Below, in pieces: positions 39,496 through 47,549 of a stretch of 49,956 bases of DNA (within the stretch, counting starts at the first letter, position 1; every line of letters begins with the position of its first letter). Both the position numbers and the translations under genes were made by a program. The stretch is from assembly GCA_031363705.1 (NCBI GenBank), contig JANLUX010000110.1, forward strand, positions 1 to 49,956, written 5' to 3'. This stretch comes from Bacteroidota bacterium (GTDB taxonomy: Bacteria > Bacteroidota > Bacteroidia > AKYH767-A > OLB10). The notes beneath the pieces are model-generated. The model worked only from the letters and a program-made list of their open reading frames with translations. It had not been told where the DNA came from and made no database searches.

Positions 39496-40827
39496 CTATC
39501 CTTTATAAACAAGCCATTTCCAGACTTCGCGGTAACTTACCTTTTTGCCATACATCAAAATTCCAACCCGATAAATACGTGCTGCAACCCAGGTTGTGAA
39601 AATAAAACCTGCTATCAATAACAACATTGATAATGCAACATGTTCCCAGGGAACACCAAAAGGAATCCTCACCATCATTACAATAGGAGAAGTAAACGGT
39701 ATCACACTGAACCAAAAAGCGACATTGCCTTGCGGGTTATTAATTACATTCACTGCAGCCACATAAGCAAGGATGAGTGGTATAGTAACCGGAAACATAA
39801 ATTGCTGTGTGTCGGTTTCAGAATCTGAGGCAGCACCGATAGCCGCAAATAACGCACTGTATAAAAGATATCCTCCTAAAAAATAAAATATAAACATGCC
39901 AATGATCAATGGAATATTTATCGAATCCATTACCTGATTAATTTTGTCTGCGGTATTTGGCTCATCACTTTGCATTTGCTCCATCATTGCAGCATTTGCC
40001 TGTATTCCAGGTTGGGATTTCATCATGCTTTCTATTTTCTCTTTATCCGTTTGTCCTTTAAACATTACATTCATCACACCTGCATAAATAGCCATGGTGA
40101 GTACTACCCACAATAAAAACTGTGTAAGCCCCACAAATGCTACTCCAATGATTTTTCCTACCATTAACTGAAATGGTTTAACTGATGATATAATTACTTC
40201 AACTATACGGCTCGTTTTTTCTTCTAACACTCCGCGCATCACCATTGCTCCATATATAAATATAAAAACGTAAATGAGCAATCCTCCCGCAAATCCTAAA
40301 CCTGAAGTAAGAGGAGTGCTGGTCTCTTTGTTTTTAAGATCGCGTGTTTTGATTTCAACATCCGTTTTTATCTTATTTAATTTCGCTTCGTCAATACCTG
40401 CTTCGATGTATTTGGATGTATTGATTTCTTTTTCAAGGGTGAATTTAATCCTGCTCACTACATCAAAGCCCGGTTGTGATTCAGAATAAAGTGTAACTGC
40501 TTTTTCTAACGCAGGTAAATTGCTAGCAGCGGGTATGTGCAGCACACCAAAGTAACCGAGCTTATTGCTGTTTCTTCGTAGGCTGTCAACAGAAGTTTTA
40601 ACAAAAACAAATGCCAGGCGTTCACTGTTTTTAAATTTATTGGTAAACATGTTGGTTTCATCCACCACGGCAATTGTTTTTTTCTCGCTGTCAACTTTGT
40701 TTAAAAGAAACATACTTATAAAAACAGCACCCATTAAAAGCGGTCCGACAAAAGTCATGATGATGAAAGATTTTTTTCTAACGCGTGTGATGTATTCGCG
40801 CCTGATGATGAGTGCTATCTTATTCAT
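39496..40827 (-). CDS. ABC-2 type transporter permease (NatB-like)
   Basis: 443 aa. One N-terminal TM helix, a large extracytoplasmic loop, then five C-terminal TM helices. 4-nt overlap with the upstream ATPase gene. Confidence 0.8.
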   Translation of the reverse strand: MNKIALIIRREYITRVRKKSFIIMTFVGPLLMGAVFISMFLLNKVDSEKKTIAVVDETNMFTNKFKNSERLAFVFVKTSVDSLRRNSNKLGYFGVLHIPAASNLPALEKAVTLYSESQPGFDVVSRIKFTLEKEINTSKYIEAGIDEAKLNKIKTDVEIKTRDLKNKETSTPLTSGLGFAGGLLIYVFIFIYGAMVMRGVLEEKTSRIVEVIISSVKPFQLMVGKIIGVAFVGLTQFLLWVVLTMAIYAGVMNVMFKGQTDKEKIESMMKSQPGIQANAAMMEQMQSDEPNTADKINQVMDSINIPLIIGMFIFYFLGGYLLYSALFAAIGAASDSETDTQQFMFPVTIPLILAYVAAVNVINNPQGNVAFWFSVIPFTSPIVMMVRIPFGVPWEHVALSMLLLIAGFIFTTWVAARIYRVGILMYGKKVSYREVWKWLVYKG

Positions 40828-41735
40828 CCCATCACCTCCTTTATAAAAATATCGTTCATGCTGGGTATTATTTCTTTGAAAGAAAGCACTTGCACATTGG
40901 GTAATAATGATGAAAGCAATTCATTGGTCTGATGATCATTTTCCAATTTTATCCTCGCACGCATGTGATCTCCTTCATTGGTATTTTCAAGCAATTGATT
41001 GCCATTCCACAAAGAGTTGGCAAGTGCAATAGAATTACCTGCATATTCAACTTCGTAAATATTGCTCTTATAAGTTTTACGGATTTCCTTTACTGATCCA
41101 TCTAATATTTTCTTTGATTGATGGATTAAAGCAATATGACTGCATAATTCTTCCACTGATTCCATGCGATGAGTGGAGAGAATGATGGAAGTTCCCTTAT
41201 CGCGCAAAGCAAGCAATTCATCCTTTACAAGATTTGCATTCACAGGGTCGAAGCCGCTGAAGGGTTCATCAAGAATAAGTAATTCTGGTTCATGAATTAC
41301 AGTTACAATAAACTGCACTTTCTGTTGCATGCCTTTGCTCAGCTCTTCCACCTTTTTTCTCCACCATGCTTTGATCTCAAATTTCTCAAACCAGATGCGC
41401 AAACGTGTTACTGCTTCATGACGTGTCATGCCTTTTAGCTGTGCAAGATAAATTGCCTGCTCCCCCACTTCCATCTTTTTGTAAAGTCCGCGCTCTTCAG
41501 GCAAATAGCCGATATAACGGATATGATCCTGCTGCAAATCTTTATCATTGAAAAGAATTCTGCCTTTATCAGGCGCGGTTATTTGATTAATGATACGTAT
41601 CAACGATGTTTTGCCTGCACCATTAGGACCCAACAAACCAAATACACTCCCTTTGGGTACATTAAGACTAACATCATCCAATGCGCGATGCGCAGCATAG
41701 TTCTTGGTAACGTTTTGAATGGAGATGATATTCAT
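40824..41735 (-). CDS. ABC transporter ATP-binding protein (NatA-like)
   Basis: 303 aa. Walker A GPNGAGKTS, signature LSKGMQQKV, Walker B LLILDEP. Confidence 0.9.
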   Translation of the reverse strand: MNIISIQNVTKNYAAHRALDDVSLNVPKGSVFGLLGPNGAGKTSLIRIINQITAPDKGRILFNDKDLQQDHIRYIGYLPEERGLYKKMEVGEQAIYLAQLKGMTRHEAVTRLRIWFEKFEIKAWWRKKVEELSKGMQQKVQFIVTVIHEPELLILDEPFSGFDPVNANLVKDELLALRDKGTSIILSTHRMESVEELCSHIALIHQSKKILDGSVKEIRKTYKSNIYEVEYAGNSIALANSLWNGNQLLENTNEGDHMRARIKLENDHQTNELLSSLLPNVQVLSFKEIIPSMNDIFIKEVMG

Positions 41736-41796
41736 AAAAAAAAGATTGTGTAAAAATAAGTACGCAGGTTGAATTAAAAAGTAAAGGTTATTAAGT

Positions 41797-41861
41797 CGTC
41801 ATTGCGAGGAACGAAGCAATCTGTTTCATAGCGATAGATTGCTTCGTTCCTCGCAATGACG
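41797..41861. repeat. Palindromic REP-like element, family A, perfect copy
   Basis: Perfect 26-bp arms CGTCATTGCGAGGAACGAAGCAATCT / AGATTGCTTCGTTCCTCGCAATGACG with a 13-nt loop. It lies between the dnaJ stop and the ABC ATPase start. Confidence 0.9.
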
Positions 41862-41870
41862 TTAATAGAT

Positions 41871-43016
41871 TCAATTAAAATACTCTTTCATTCTGTCAAA
41901 GAAACTTTTATCCCCTTTGCCTGGTTTGGGTTTGAAGTTTTCAGAGTCACGTAGTTTTTCCATGATGCGTTTTTCGTCAGCTGAAAGATGTTGCGGTGTC
42001 CACACTGTTATGTTTACTAATAAATCACCGCGCTGATAACTGTTAAGGCGTGGAATACCTTTTCCTTTTAAGCGCAATACTTTGCCGGGTTGCGTGCCGG
42101 GCTCTATTTTGATTTTTGCTTTGCCTTCCAATGTTGGAATTTCAACACTTGTTCCCAAAGCTGCATCAGGGGTGCTGATGTATAATTCAAATAACAAATG
42201 ATCGCCATCACGTTGCAGGTATTCATGCGGAAGCTCTTCAATCACCACCAATAAATCACCCGGAATACCACCACGCTCTGCGGCATTGCCTTTGCCGGTC
42301 ATGGTTAACTGCATTCCTTCAGCTACTCCGGCAGGAAGATTAATATTAATTACTTCTTCCCCATGTTGAGTTCCTGTGCCGTGACACTTCTTGCATTTAT
42401 TTGTAATCACCTGCCCTTCTCCATGACATGTTGGACAGGTAGAAGTAGTTTGCATCTGTCCTAAAATAGTATTGGTAACTCTTCTTACATGACCTGAACC
42501 TTTACAGGTATTACAGGTGCTCATGCTGTTTTTGCCTTCTGCACCTGTACCCTCACAAGTTTGACAGGGTACAGCTTTGGTAACTCTTACTTTCTTCTCA
42601 ACACCTGTTGCAATTTCTTCCAGCGTAAGCTTTACTTTGATGCGAAGGTTGCTTCCGCGGTTAACAGTTCTTCGTCCACCGCTGCTTTGTCCGCCTCCAA
42701 AAAAACTTTCAAACGGATTGTGCCCTCCGAAAATATCACCGAACTGGCTGAAGATATCATCCATGTTCATATGATGACCGCCACTGCCTGCACCATTTAC
42801 ACCGGCATGACCAAACTGGTCGTAACGCTGACGTTTTTCAGCTGAGCCAAGTATTTCGTAAGCTTCAGCAGCTTCTTTAAATTTTTCCTCTGATTCTTTA
42901 TCACCCGGATTTTTATCCGGATGATATTTAAGCGCCATCTGCCGGTAAGCTTTTTTTATCTCCGCTTCCTGTGCACCACGGGTAACACCTAATACTTCGT
43001 AATAATCTCTTTTCAT
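41871..43016 (-). CDS. dnaJ: Molecular chaperone DnaJ
   Basis: J domain starting [11 protein letters not shown] with HPD. Four CxxCxGxG zinc-finger motifs. The track ORF extends 22 codons upstream (to 43082) into repeat sequence; the conserved start is the ATG at 43016-43014. Confidence 0.93.
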   Translation of the reverse strand: MKRDYYEVLGVTRGAQEAEIKKAYRQMALKYHPDKNPGDKESEEKFKEAAEAYEILGSAEKRQRYDQFGHAGVNGAGSGGHHMNMDDIFSQFGDIFGGHNPFESFFGGGQSSGGRRTVNRGSNLRIKVKLTLEEIATGVEKKVRVTKAVPCQTCEGTGAEGKNSMSTCNTCKGSGHVRRVTNTILGQMQTTSTCPTCHGEGQVITNKCKKCHGTGTQHGEEVININLPAGVAEGMQLTMTGKGNAAERGGIPGDLLVVIEELPHEYLQRDGDHLLFELYISTPDAALGTSVEIPTLEGKAKIKIEPGTQPGKVLRLKGKGIPRLNSYQRGDLLVNITVWTPQHLSADEKRIMEKLRDSENFKPKPGKGDKSFFDRMKEYFN

Positions 43017-43019
43017 GAA

Positions 43020-43056
43020 TTTGATTTGATAATTTGATAATTTGATAATTTGATGA
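43020..43056. repeat. 8-bp tandem repeat (TTTGATAA three times, plus partial flanking units) in the grpE-dnaJ spacer
   Basis: The sequence is TTTGA TTTGATAA TTTGATAA TTTGATAA TTTGATGA, directly upstream of the dnaJ ATG on the minus strand. Confidence 0.85.
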
Positions 43057-43097
43057 TGACAATTAATGCGTGAATCATCCAATTACAAATCATCAAA

Positions 43098-43649
43098 TCA
43101 GCTTCCTACAATCACCTTGGAGTGACGTATAACTTTATCGTTTAAATAATATCCTTTTTCTACTTCTTCCACCACTTTGCCTTTCATTTGTTTACCGGCA
43201 TCAATGCTTGTAATGGCATCGTGCAAGTCAGTGTCGAAATCAGTGCCGCCACTTTCCATCGGCTTCAACCCTTTTTGCTCAAGCAATGTTTTGAGTTTAT
43301 TATAAATCAACATCATGCCTTCACGCACAGGATGTTTTTCTTCCAGTCCTTCCGTTGCTTTCAGCGCGCGTTCAAAATCATCGAGCACCGGTAATAAATC
43401 ACCAATAATTTCAGCTCCGGCATTCTTGAATAATTCTATCCGCTCTTTAACTGTGCGTTTTTTGTAATTCTCAAATTCAGCATACAGGCGCAGGTAATTA
43501 TTTTTCTGCTCTGTAACTTCTTCCTGTAATTTTTCTATTGGATCATTCTCAGCAGGAGGCGCAATTCCTTCATGATGTTGTGCAGTGGTATCTTCAGCCT
43601 GCGAGCTTACCTGTTCTTCGTTAGATTCAATAACTGGTTCTTTTTTCAT
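43098..43649 (-). CDS. grpE: Nucleotide exchange factor GrpE
   Basis: 183 aa. An acidic N-terminus and the conserved motif YLRLYAEFENYKKR. Confidence 0.93.
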   Translation of the reverse strand: MKKEPVIESNEEQVSSQAEDTTAQHHEGIAPPAENDPIEKLQEEVTEQKNNYLRLYAEFENYKKRTVKERIELFKNAGAEIIGDLLPVLDDFERALKATEGLEEKHPVREGMMLIYNKLKTLLEQKGLKPMESGGTDFDTDLHDAITSIDAGKQMKGKVVEEVEKGYYLNDKVIRHSKVIVGS

Positions 43650-43822
43650 GTTTCTTGTTCTGTAATATTATGGAAATTTCCCTCCTGAGGCGCACCCAAA
43701 AACATTGCCATCGCAGCCTAAGAGGTCAATTTGGCAGGCGAATATAGGATTTATGAAAGATAGGTTTGAAAGTGCGTGCCAACCAATGTTAAGTTACCAA
43801 TCTCCCAATCCAAATTAAAATA

Positions 43823-43830
43823 TACATTTG
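43823..43830 (+). promoter_or_regulatory. Candidate -7 box TACATTTG for the membrane-protein/hydrolase module
   Basis: Matches TAnnTTTG. It lies 20 nt upstream of the ATG at 43851 and downstream of the GTG (43776) used by the ORF track. Confidence 0.5.
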
Positions 43831-43850
43831 ACAAACTCTTTAACTTCTAT

Positions 43851-45122
43851 ATGCTTAACAATCCCTACCTCGACACGCTGATCTCATTAATATTAATGTT
43901 TGCTTTGCTGAGCATACTGGTGAGCATACTTACTGAGTGGTTAAATCAACGGCTTAATTCACGGGGTAAGTTTTTGCAGGAAGTGATTTTTAAGATGATG
44001 AACGATCCTGCCAATCACAACTTCGGCTACCTGCTTTACCGGCACCCGATTATGGAACGTTATCGAAAAGATAAAACAAGCCTCCCCCAGTATATGTCGG
44101 CTGATTTGTTTGCCCAGGGACTTATAGAAACGGTAGGTGAATTATCCATAGAAGATAAAATAGTGGTTAATCCCATTGATGGTTCGCAGAAATTAATAGA
44201 AGGAGTAAGGGACTCTGATTTATTTACCCGATTTGAACTTGCAGTAAAAAAAATGTCGTACAGTGATACCAAGCGGCTCTTCACCCATTTAATTGAACGC
44301 TCAAAAACAGCAGGATCAAAAGAGCAGCAGCGTTTACAATTACAAAGAGAATTAGCAACCTGGTTTAACGAGCACATGGATCGTGCAACAGGATGGTATA
44401 AAGTGAAGCAGCGGCATAAGCTTTTGATATTTGGTTTTATAGTTGCAATCGGACTTAATGTGGATACCATTCATGTGACACGTGTGTTGCTGATGGATCC
44501 TGCACTGAGAGCGCAGACAGTGGCATTGGCAGAAAAGACGGCTGATATTTATGCTGGACAATCAGATTCAATACCTGACTTAAAAATACAGCACGCAATG
44601 GATTCTTTAATAGCTGCTTTTAATACGGATAGTGTTGCTGAAGATACTACCAAACAATTAGCCTATTGGAATAAATATAAATTATATAAAAAGCTTAGTG
44701 ATTCGTTAACACGTTCGCAGATTGACCGGCAGATGATAGTGATAAACAAACTGGCGGATTACGGATTGCCCATTGGCTGGCAAACCGAAGCTCCGCCTTT
44801 AAGCTGGAAACAAAAGGTGAAAAAAACACTTATGGGTAATGATGCCATAAAAGCTGAACCGGGAGCGCCAACGCATCAAAATATTTCTCATTACCGTGTT
44901 CAGAATTATTTTGAGCACCGGGCACATCTCACCATTCCCAACTTCTTAACATGGCTTGTTGGAATTCTTATCACCGCCTTTGCACTCAGCTTCGGTGCGC
45001 CTTTCTGGTTCGATCTGCTGGTGAAGTTTGTGAACTTCAGAAGAAGCGGTGTTAAGCCAGCACCTTCATCAAACAATACCGGTAATGCTCCCAATCCTGT
45101 TGTTGTAACTCCTGAAAAATAA
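43851..45122 (+). CDS. 3-TM membrane protein of unknown family with charged helical segments
   Basis: 423 aa from the ATG at 43851. TM helices: LISLILMFALLSILVSIL, LLIFGFIVAIGLNV, WLVGILITAFALSFGAPFWFDLL. The C-terminal tail is P/S/N-rich. I could not assign a family. Confidence 0.7.
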   Translation: MLNNPYLDTLISLILMFALLSILVSILTEWLNQRLNSRGKFLQEVIFKMMNDPANHNFGYLLYRHPIMERYRKDKTSLPQYMSADLFAQGLIETVGELSIEDKIVVNPIDGSQKLIEGVRDSDLFTRFELAVKKMSYSDTKRLFTHLIERSKTAGSKEQQRLQLQRELATWFNEHMDRATGWYKVKQRHKLLIFGFIVAIGLNVDTIHVTRVLLMDPALRAQTVALAEKTADIYAGQSDSIPDLKIQHAMDSLIAAFNTDSVAEDTTKQLAYWNKYKLYKKLSDSLTRSQIDRQMIVINKLADYGLPIGWQTEAPPLSWKQKVKKTLMGNDAIKAEPGAPTHQNISHYRVQNYFEHRAHLTIPNFLTWLVGILITAFALSFGAPFWFDLLVKFVNFRRSGVKPAPSSNNTGNAPNPVVVTPEK

Positions 45123-45126
45123 ATAT

Positions 45127-45316
45127 CGTGAGTTATGAATTTAAAAGAAAAGAAGTTTTAATGATATAGAATAAAAATCAGGTAATAAGGTGATGTTACG
45201 ATGCAATGGTCTTTCTACTAAGTTTAAAATCTTATTATCGAATTAAAAAACCTTAGTAGAAAAATTATAATGGAAATAGAAACCTTATTAGCTATCGAAT
45301 AAATACATAACTCACG
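45127..45316 (+). other. 190-nt AT-rich element made of three nested inverted repeats (structured RNA or MITE-like insert)
   Basis: Outer arms 45127-45142 / 45301-45316 match 15 of 16. Middle arms 45181-45191 / 45282-45292 match 10 of 11. Inner arms 45212-45222 / 45252-45262 match 11 of 11. The element fills the spacer, from 5 nt after the upstream stop to 15 nt before the next ATG. Confidence 0.75.
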
Positions 45317-45331
45317 TTAAATATTAAAACT

Positions 45332-46549
45332 ATGCTACCTTTTGTAAATTGTCATGCTCACATCTTCAACTCCAGCTGTGCACCGGATTATTATCTGCGA
45401 ATGGTATTGCCGAAGGTGCTTGATCCCTTCGCCAATACCATCAAAGCATTTCTGGATAAAAAAATGACGCGTGCTTTTATGGTAGGATTAATTAAAGTGG
45501 CCACCCTATTTGATAAAAACAAGCGGAAAGCCTTTGAACGTTATCTAAGTTTTATCACCGTGGGGTCATCAGCTTCGCAGCGTGATATTTTCCGGAGCCT
45601 GCTTGATAATTATAAAAACATTCAAAACCCGCGCGTGGTGGCGCTCACATTAAACATGGATCACATGGGGCATTTTGCAAGCAATCATGCTTCCATCAAT
45701 TCGCAGCTTACTGAAATGAAAGAATTAAAGAAAGAATATCCTGATAATATATTTCCTTTTATTTCTATAGATCCCCGACATCTGGGTGGAAGAGAATTAT
45801 TAACATGGGTGCAGCGTTACATCAATGATGATAAATTTTTCTGTGGGATAAAGATGTATCCTGCCAAAGGGTTTTTTCCTTTTGATCCCCGCCTTGATGA
45901 AGTGTATGCGTGGGCTGAACAAGAAAATATCCCCATCATGACCCATTGCACCCGAAGTGGTTCTTTTTTTATTGATACCATTGACCGCAGCGCTGTGGTT
46001 GCACAGCCACTGTCGCTCAACAACAATCCAAAATTTATGCATCCTATTTATGACCGTATCGGAAAAGTGTTAGCCGATAAAGGCATTCATAAAAAGAATT
46101 TTGTGTGGTGCAATCTTTTCACACATCCTGAACATTACCTGCCGGTGCTTGATAAATATCCTGACCTTAAATTATGCTTTGCACATTTTGGCGGATCAAA
46201 CGAAGTTATTTTTAAAACACCTGCTGATTATCCTGAATACCTCGGACCTAACTGGTTTACCCTCATACAAGAGCTGATTCAAAACCCTGAGTATAAAAAT
46301 ATTTATACTGATATCTCTTACACGCTTTATAACCCTGACTCACTGAATGCAATACTGAAATGGTACGACCAGGCATCACCTGAAAAGAAACTCCGTGTTC
46401 TATTCGGTACTGATTATTATATGACCGAGCAGGAAAAGTCGGAAAAGGATTTGCTTGCCAATGCAATGGAAACACTGGGACCTGTGAGGATAGAGCAAAT
46501 TGCACGCATCAATCCTCATGCGTATTTAAGCTCTAATTATTATAACTAA
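45332..46549 (+). CDS. Amidohydro_2-like TIM-barrel metal-dependent hydrolase, substrate unknown
   Basis: 405 aa. The pattern of metal-ligand positions is N-terminal CHAH, GIKMYP, MTHC, AHFGG, GTDYY. Confidence 0.7.
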   Translation: MLPFVNCHAHIFNSSCAPDYYLRMVLPKVLDPFANTIKAFLDKKMTRAFMVGLIKVATLFDKNKRKAFERYLSFITVGSSASQRDIFRSLLDNYKNIQNPRVVALTLNMDHMGHFASNHASINSQLTEMKELKKEYPDNIFPFISIDPRHLGGRELLTWVQRYINDDKFFCGIKMYPAKGFFPFDPRLDEVYAWAEQENIPIMTHCTRSGSFFIDTIDRSAVVAQPLSLNNNPKFMHPIYDRIGKVLADKGIHKKNFVWCNLFTHPEHYLPVLDKYPDLKLCFAHFGGSNEVIFKTPADYPEYLGPNWFTLIQELIQNPEYKNIYTDISYTLYNPDSLNAILKWYDQASPEKKLRVLFGTDYYMTEQEKSEKDLLANAMETLGPVRIEQIARINPHAYLSSNYYN

Positions 46550-46610
46550 GGCTGGTGAGAGAAATAAAATATAAGCAATCTATGCTCCTGGTAATTACAG
46601 CATTGAAAAA

Positions 46611-46643
46611 AAAGAGGGCTGGCAAAATTCGCCAGCCCTCTTT
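46611..46643. terminator. Bidirectional rho-independent terminator
   Basis: Perfect 13-bp stem AAAGAGGGCTGGC / GCCAGCCCTCTTT with a 7-nt loop. It lies between the convergent hydrolase and FN3 genes. Confidence 0.85.
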
Positions 46644-46663
46644 GCGTTAAACAATTAAAATTT

Positions 46664-47290
46664 TTACATCACTTTAAAAGCAACCATTTCGCACCACTCG
46701 CCTTTTATTTTACGTGCACCCACTGCGCGGCAGCAACCATAATACTGTGTTAAAGGAGTAAGGTCAGTAATCAACATGCGAGAGCTGCGGTTCACTGTAG
46801 TCTTAGTCCAGGTAGAAGGATCGTTGGTGGTACCCACCATCACTTCGTAGCTTGCAGCATTTTTAATCCCTTTAAAAGTAGCAAACACACTGCCATCCAT
46901 TGGACCTTGCCTGAAGCTGAGGTTTTCAGGAGCAGAGAAATGTGTTACAGGCACACCCTTATTCTTCATACCAAAACCTGAAAGCTGATAAAGCGCAACA
47001 TTTGAACCTGCTATTTCACTGCAGTTTTGTGCACATGTTGACAATCCATTCTCTAATAATAAGCGCTTTTGGTTCTTAATAGTAGTAGCTGATTTAGTAC
47101 CTTCTGAACCTACCTGTCCCAGTGCCTCATTATAATCAGACCATAATGTAGTCAAGTCAGCCGCGGTGGGTGTTAGCCCCGGAAAGCTTGCTGAATTATT
47201 TGTTAAACTTACTATGCGCTGTTTCGCGTATTCTGAAACTTCAGCGTCTGTTTTGATTTCTTCAATCGCGTTCTCTTTCTTTCTTCTCAT
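46664..47290 (-). CDS. Small protein with a C-terminal fibronectin type III-like domain and no signal peptide
   Basis: 208 aa. The N-terminal half looks helical. The C-terminal roughly 90 aa (APENLSFRQGP...ASYEVMVG...LITDLTPLTQYY) have an FN3-like strand pattern. Confidence 0.55.
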   Translation of the reverse strand: MRRKKENAIEEIKTDAEVSEYAKQRIVSLTNNSASFPGLTPTAADLTTLWSDYNEALGQVGSEGTKSATTIKNQKRLLLENGLSTCAQNCSEIAGSNVALYQLSGFGMKNKGVPVTHFSAPENLSFRQGPMDGSVFATFKGIKNAASYEVMVGTTNDPSTWTKTTVNRSSRMLITDLTPLTQYYGCCRAVGARKIKGEWCEMVAFKVM

Positions 47291-47348
47291 GGTGTCTAAA
47301 GGTATTTATTCCCTTTGACTCAGTTTTGTGAACGCTCTCAGAGAAAAC

Positions 47349-47453
47349 GAACTCGAAGACACCCGAAATGAACTCGAAGAAAAATAAAACGAACTCGAAG
47401 AAACCCAAAAAGAACACGGAGACACTCTAAAAGAGCTCGAAGACGTCAATAAG
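47349..47453 (+). repeat. Five tandem 21-bp direct repeats with a GAACTCGAAGA core
   Basis: Units start at 47349, 47370, 47391, 47412 and 47433. The core is 11/11 in three units, 10/11 in one and 8/11 in one. The 10-bp spacers vary. Confidence 0.9.
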
Positions 47454-47509
47454 AATCCTTCTACGCTCAATTTATTTTCAAAAGGGGAGAGTAATTAAAG
47501 CTGCCTGTT

Positions 47510-47517
47510 TATTTTTG
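47510..47517 (+). promoter_or_regulatory. Candidate -7 box TATTTTTG for the DUF6029 gene
   Basis: Matches TAnnTTTG. It lies 32 nt upstream of the ATG at 47550. Confidence 0.45.
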
Positions 47518-47549
47518 TCAGCCCTCTCATTCAAAATCTGTTTCCACAC

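Noticed and set aside
43017-43082. 22-codon N-terminal extension of DnaJ in the ORF track
   Set aside because: The extension is translated from the 8-bp tandem repeat. The J domain starts with [11 protein letters not shown] at the ATG at 43016.
43776-43850. GTG start at 43776 for the membrane protein, as in the ORF track
   Set aside because: A TAnnTTTG box (43823-43830) lies downstream of that GTG and 20 nt upstream of the ATG at 43851. The first TM helix follows that ATG directly.
43650-43850. CIRCE/HrcA operator or a sigma-32-type promoter upstream of grpE
   Set aside because: I found no TTAGCACTC-N9-GAGTGCTAA-like inverted repeat and no convincing heat-shock promoter consensus by eye.
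45127-45316. Retron-like msr/msd or type III toxin-antitoxin RNA
   Set aside because: There is no reverse transcriptase or endoribonuclease toxin gene nearby, and no tandem RNA repeats. Only the nested inverted repeats resemble such elements.
47328-47453. Reading the 21-bp array as a coiled-coil heptad coding sequence (NELEDTR NELEEK. NELEETQ KEHGDTL KELEDVN)
   Set aside because: The frame has no ATG and is broken by an in-frame TAA after the second unit. Conservation is concentrated in an 11-bp core with free spacers, which fits DNA-level sites better than protein heptads. A decayed pseudogene cannot be fully excluded.
47349-47453. Iteron-type replication origin or CRISPR array
   Set aside because: No rep, par or cas genes are present and the context is chromosomal housekeeping. 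The 21-bp period with 10-bp variable parts is far too short for CRISPR repeat-spacer units.
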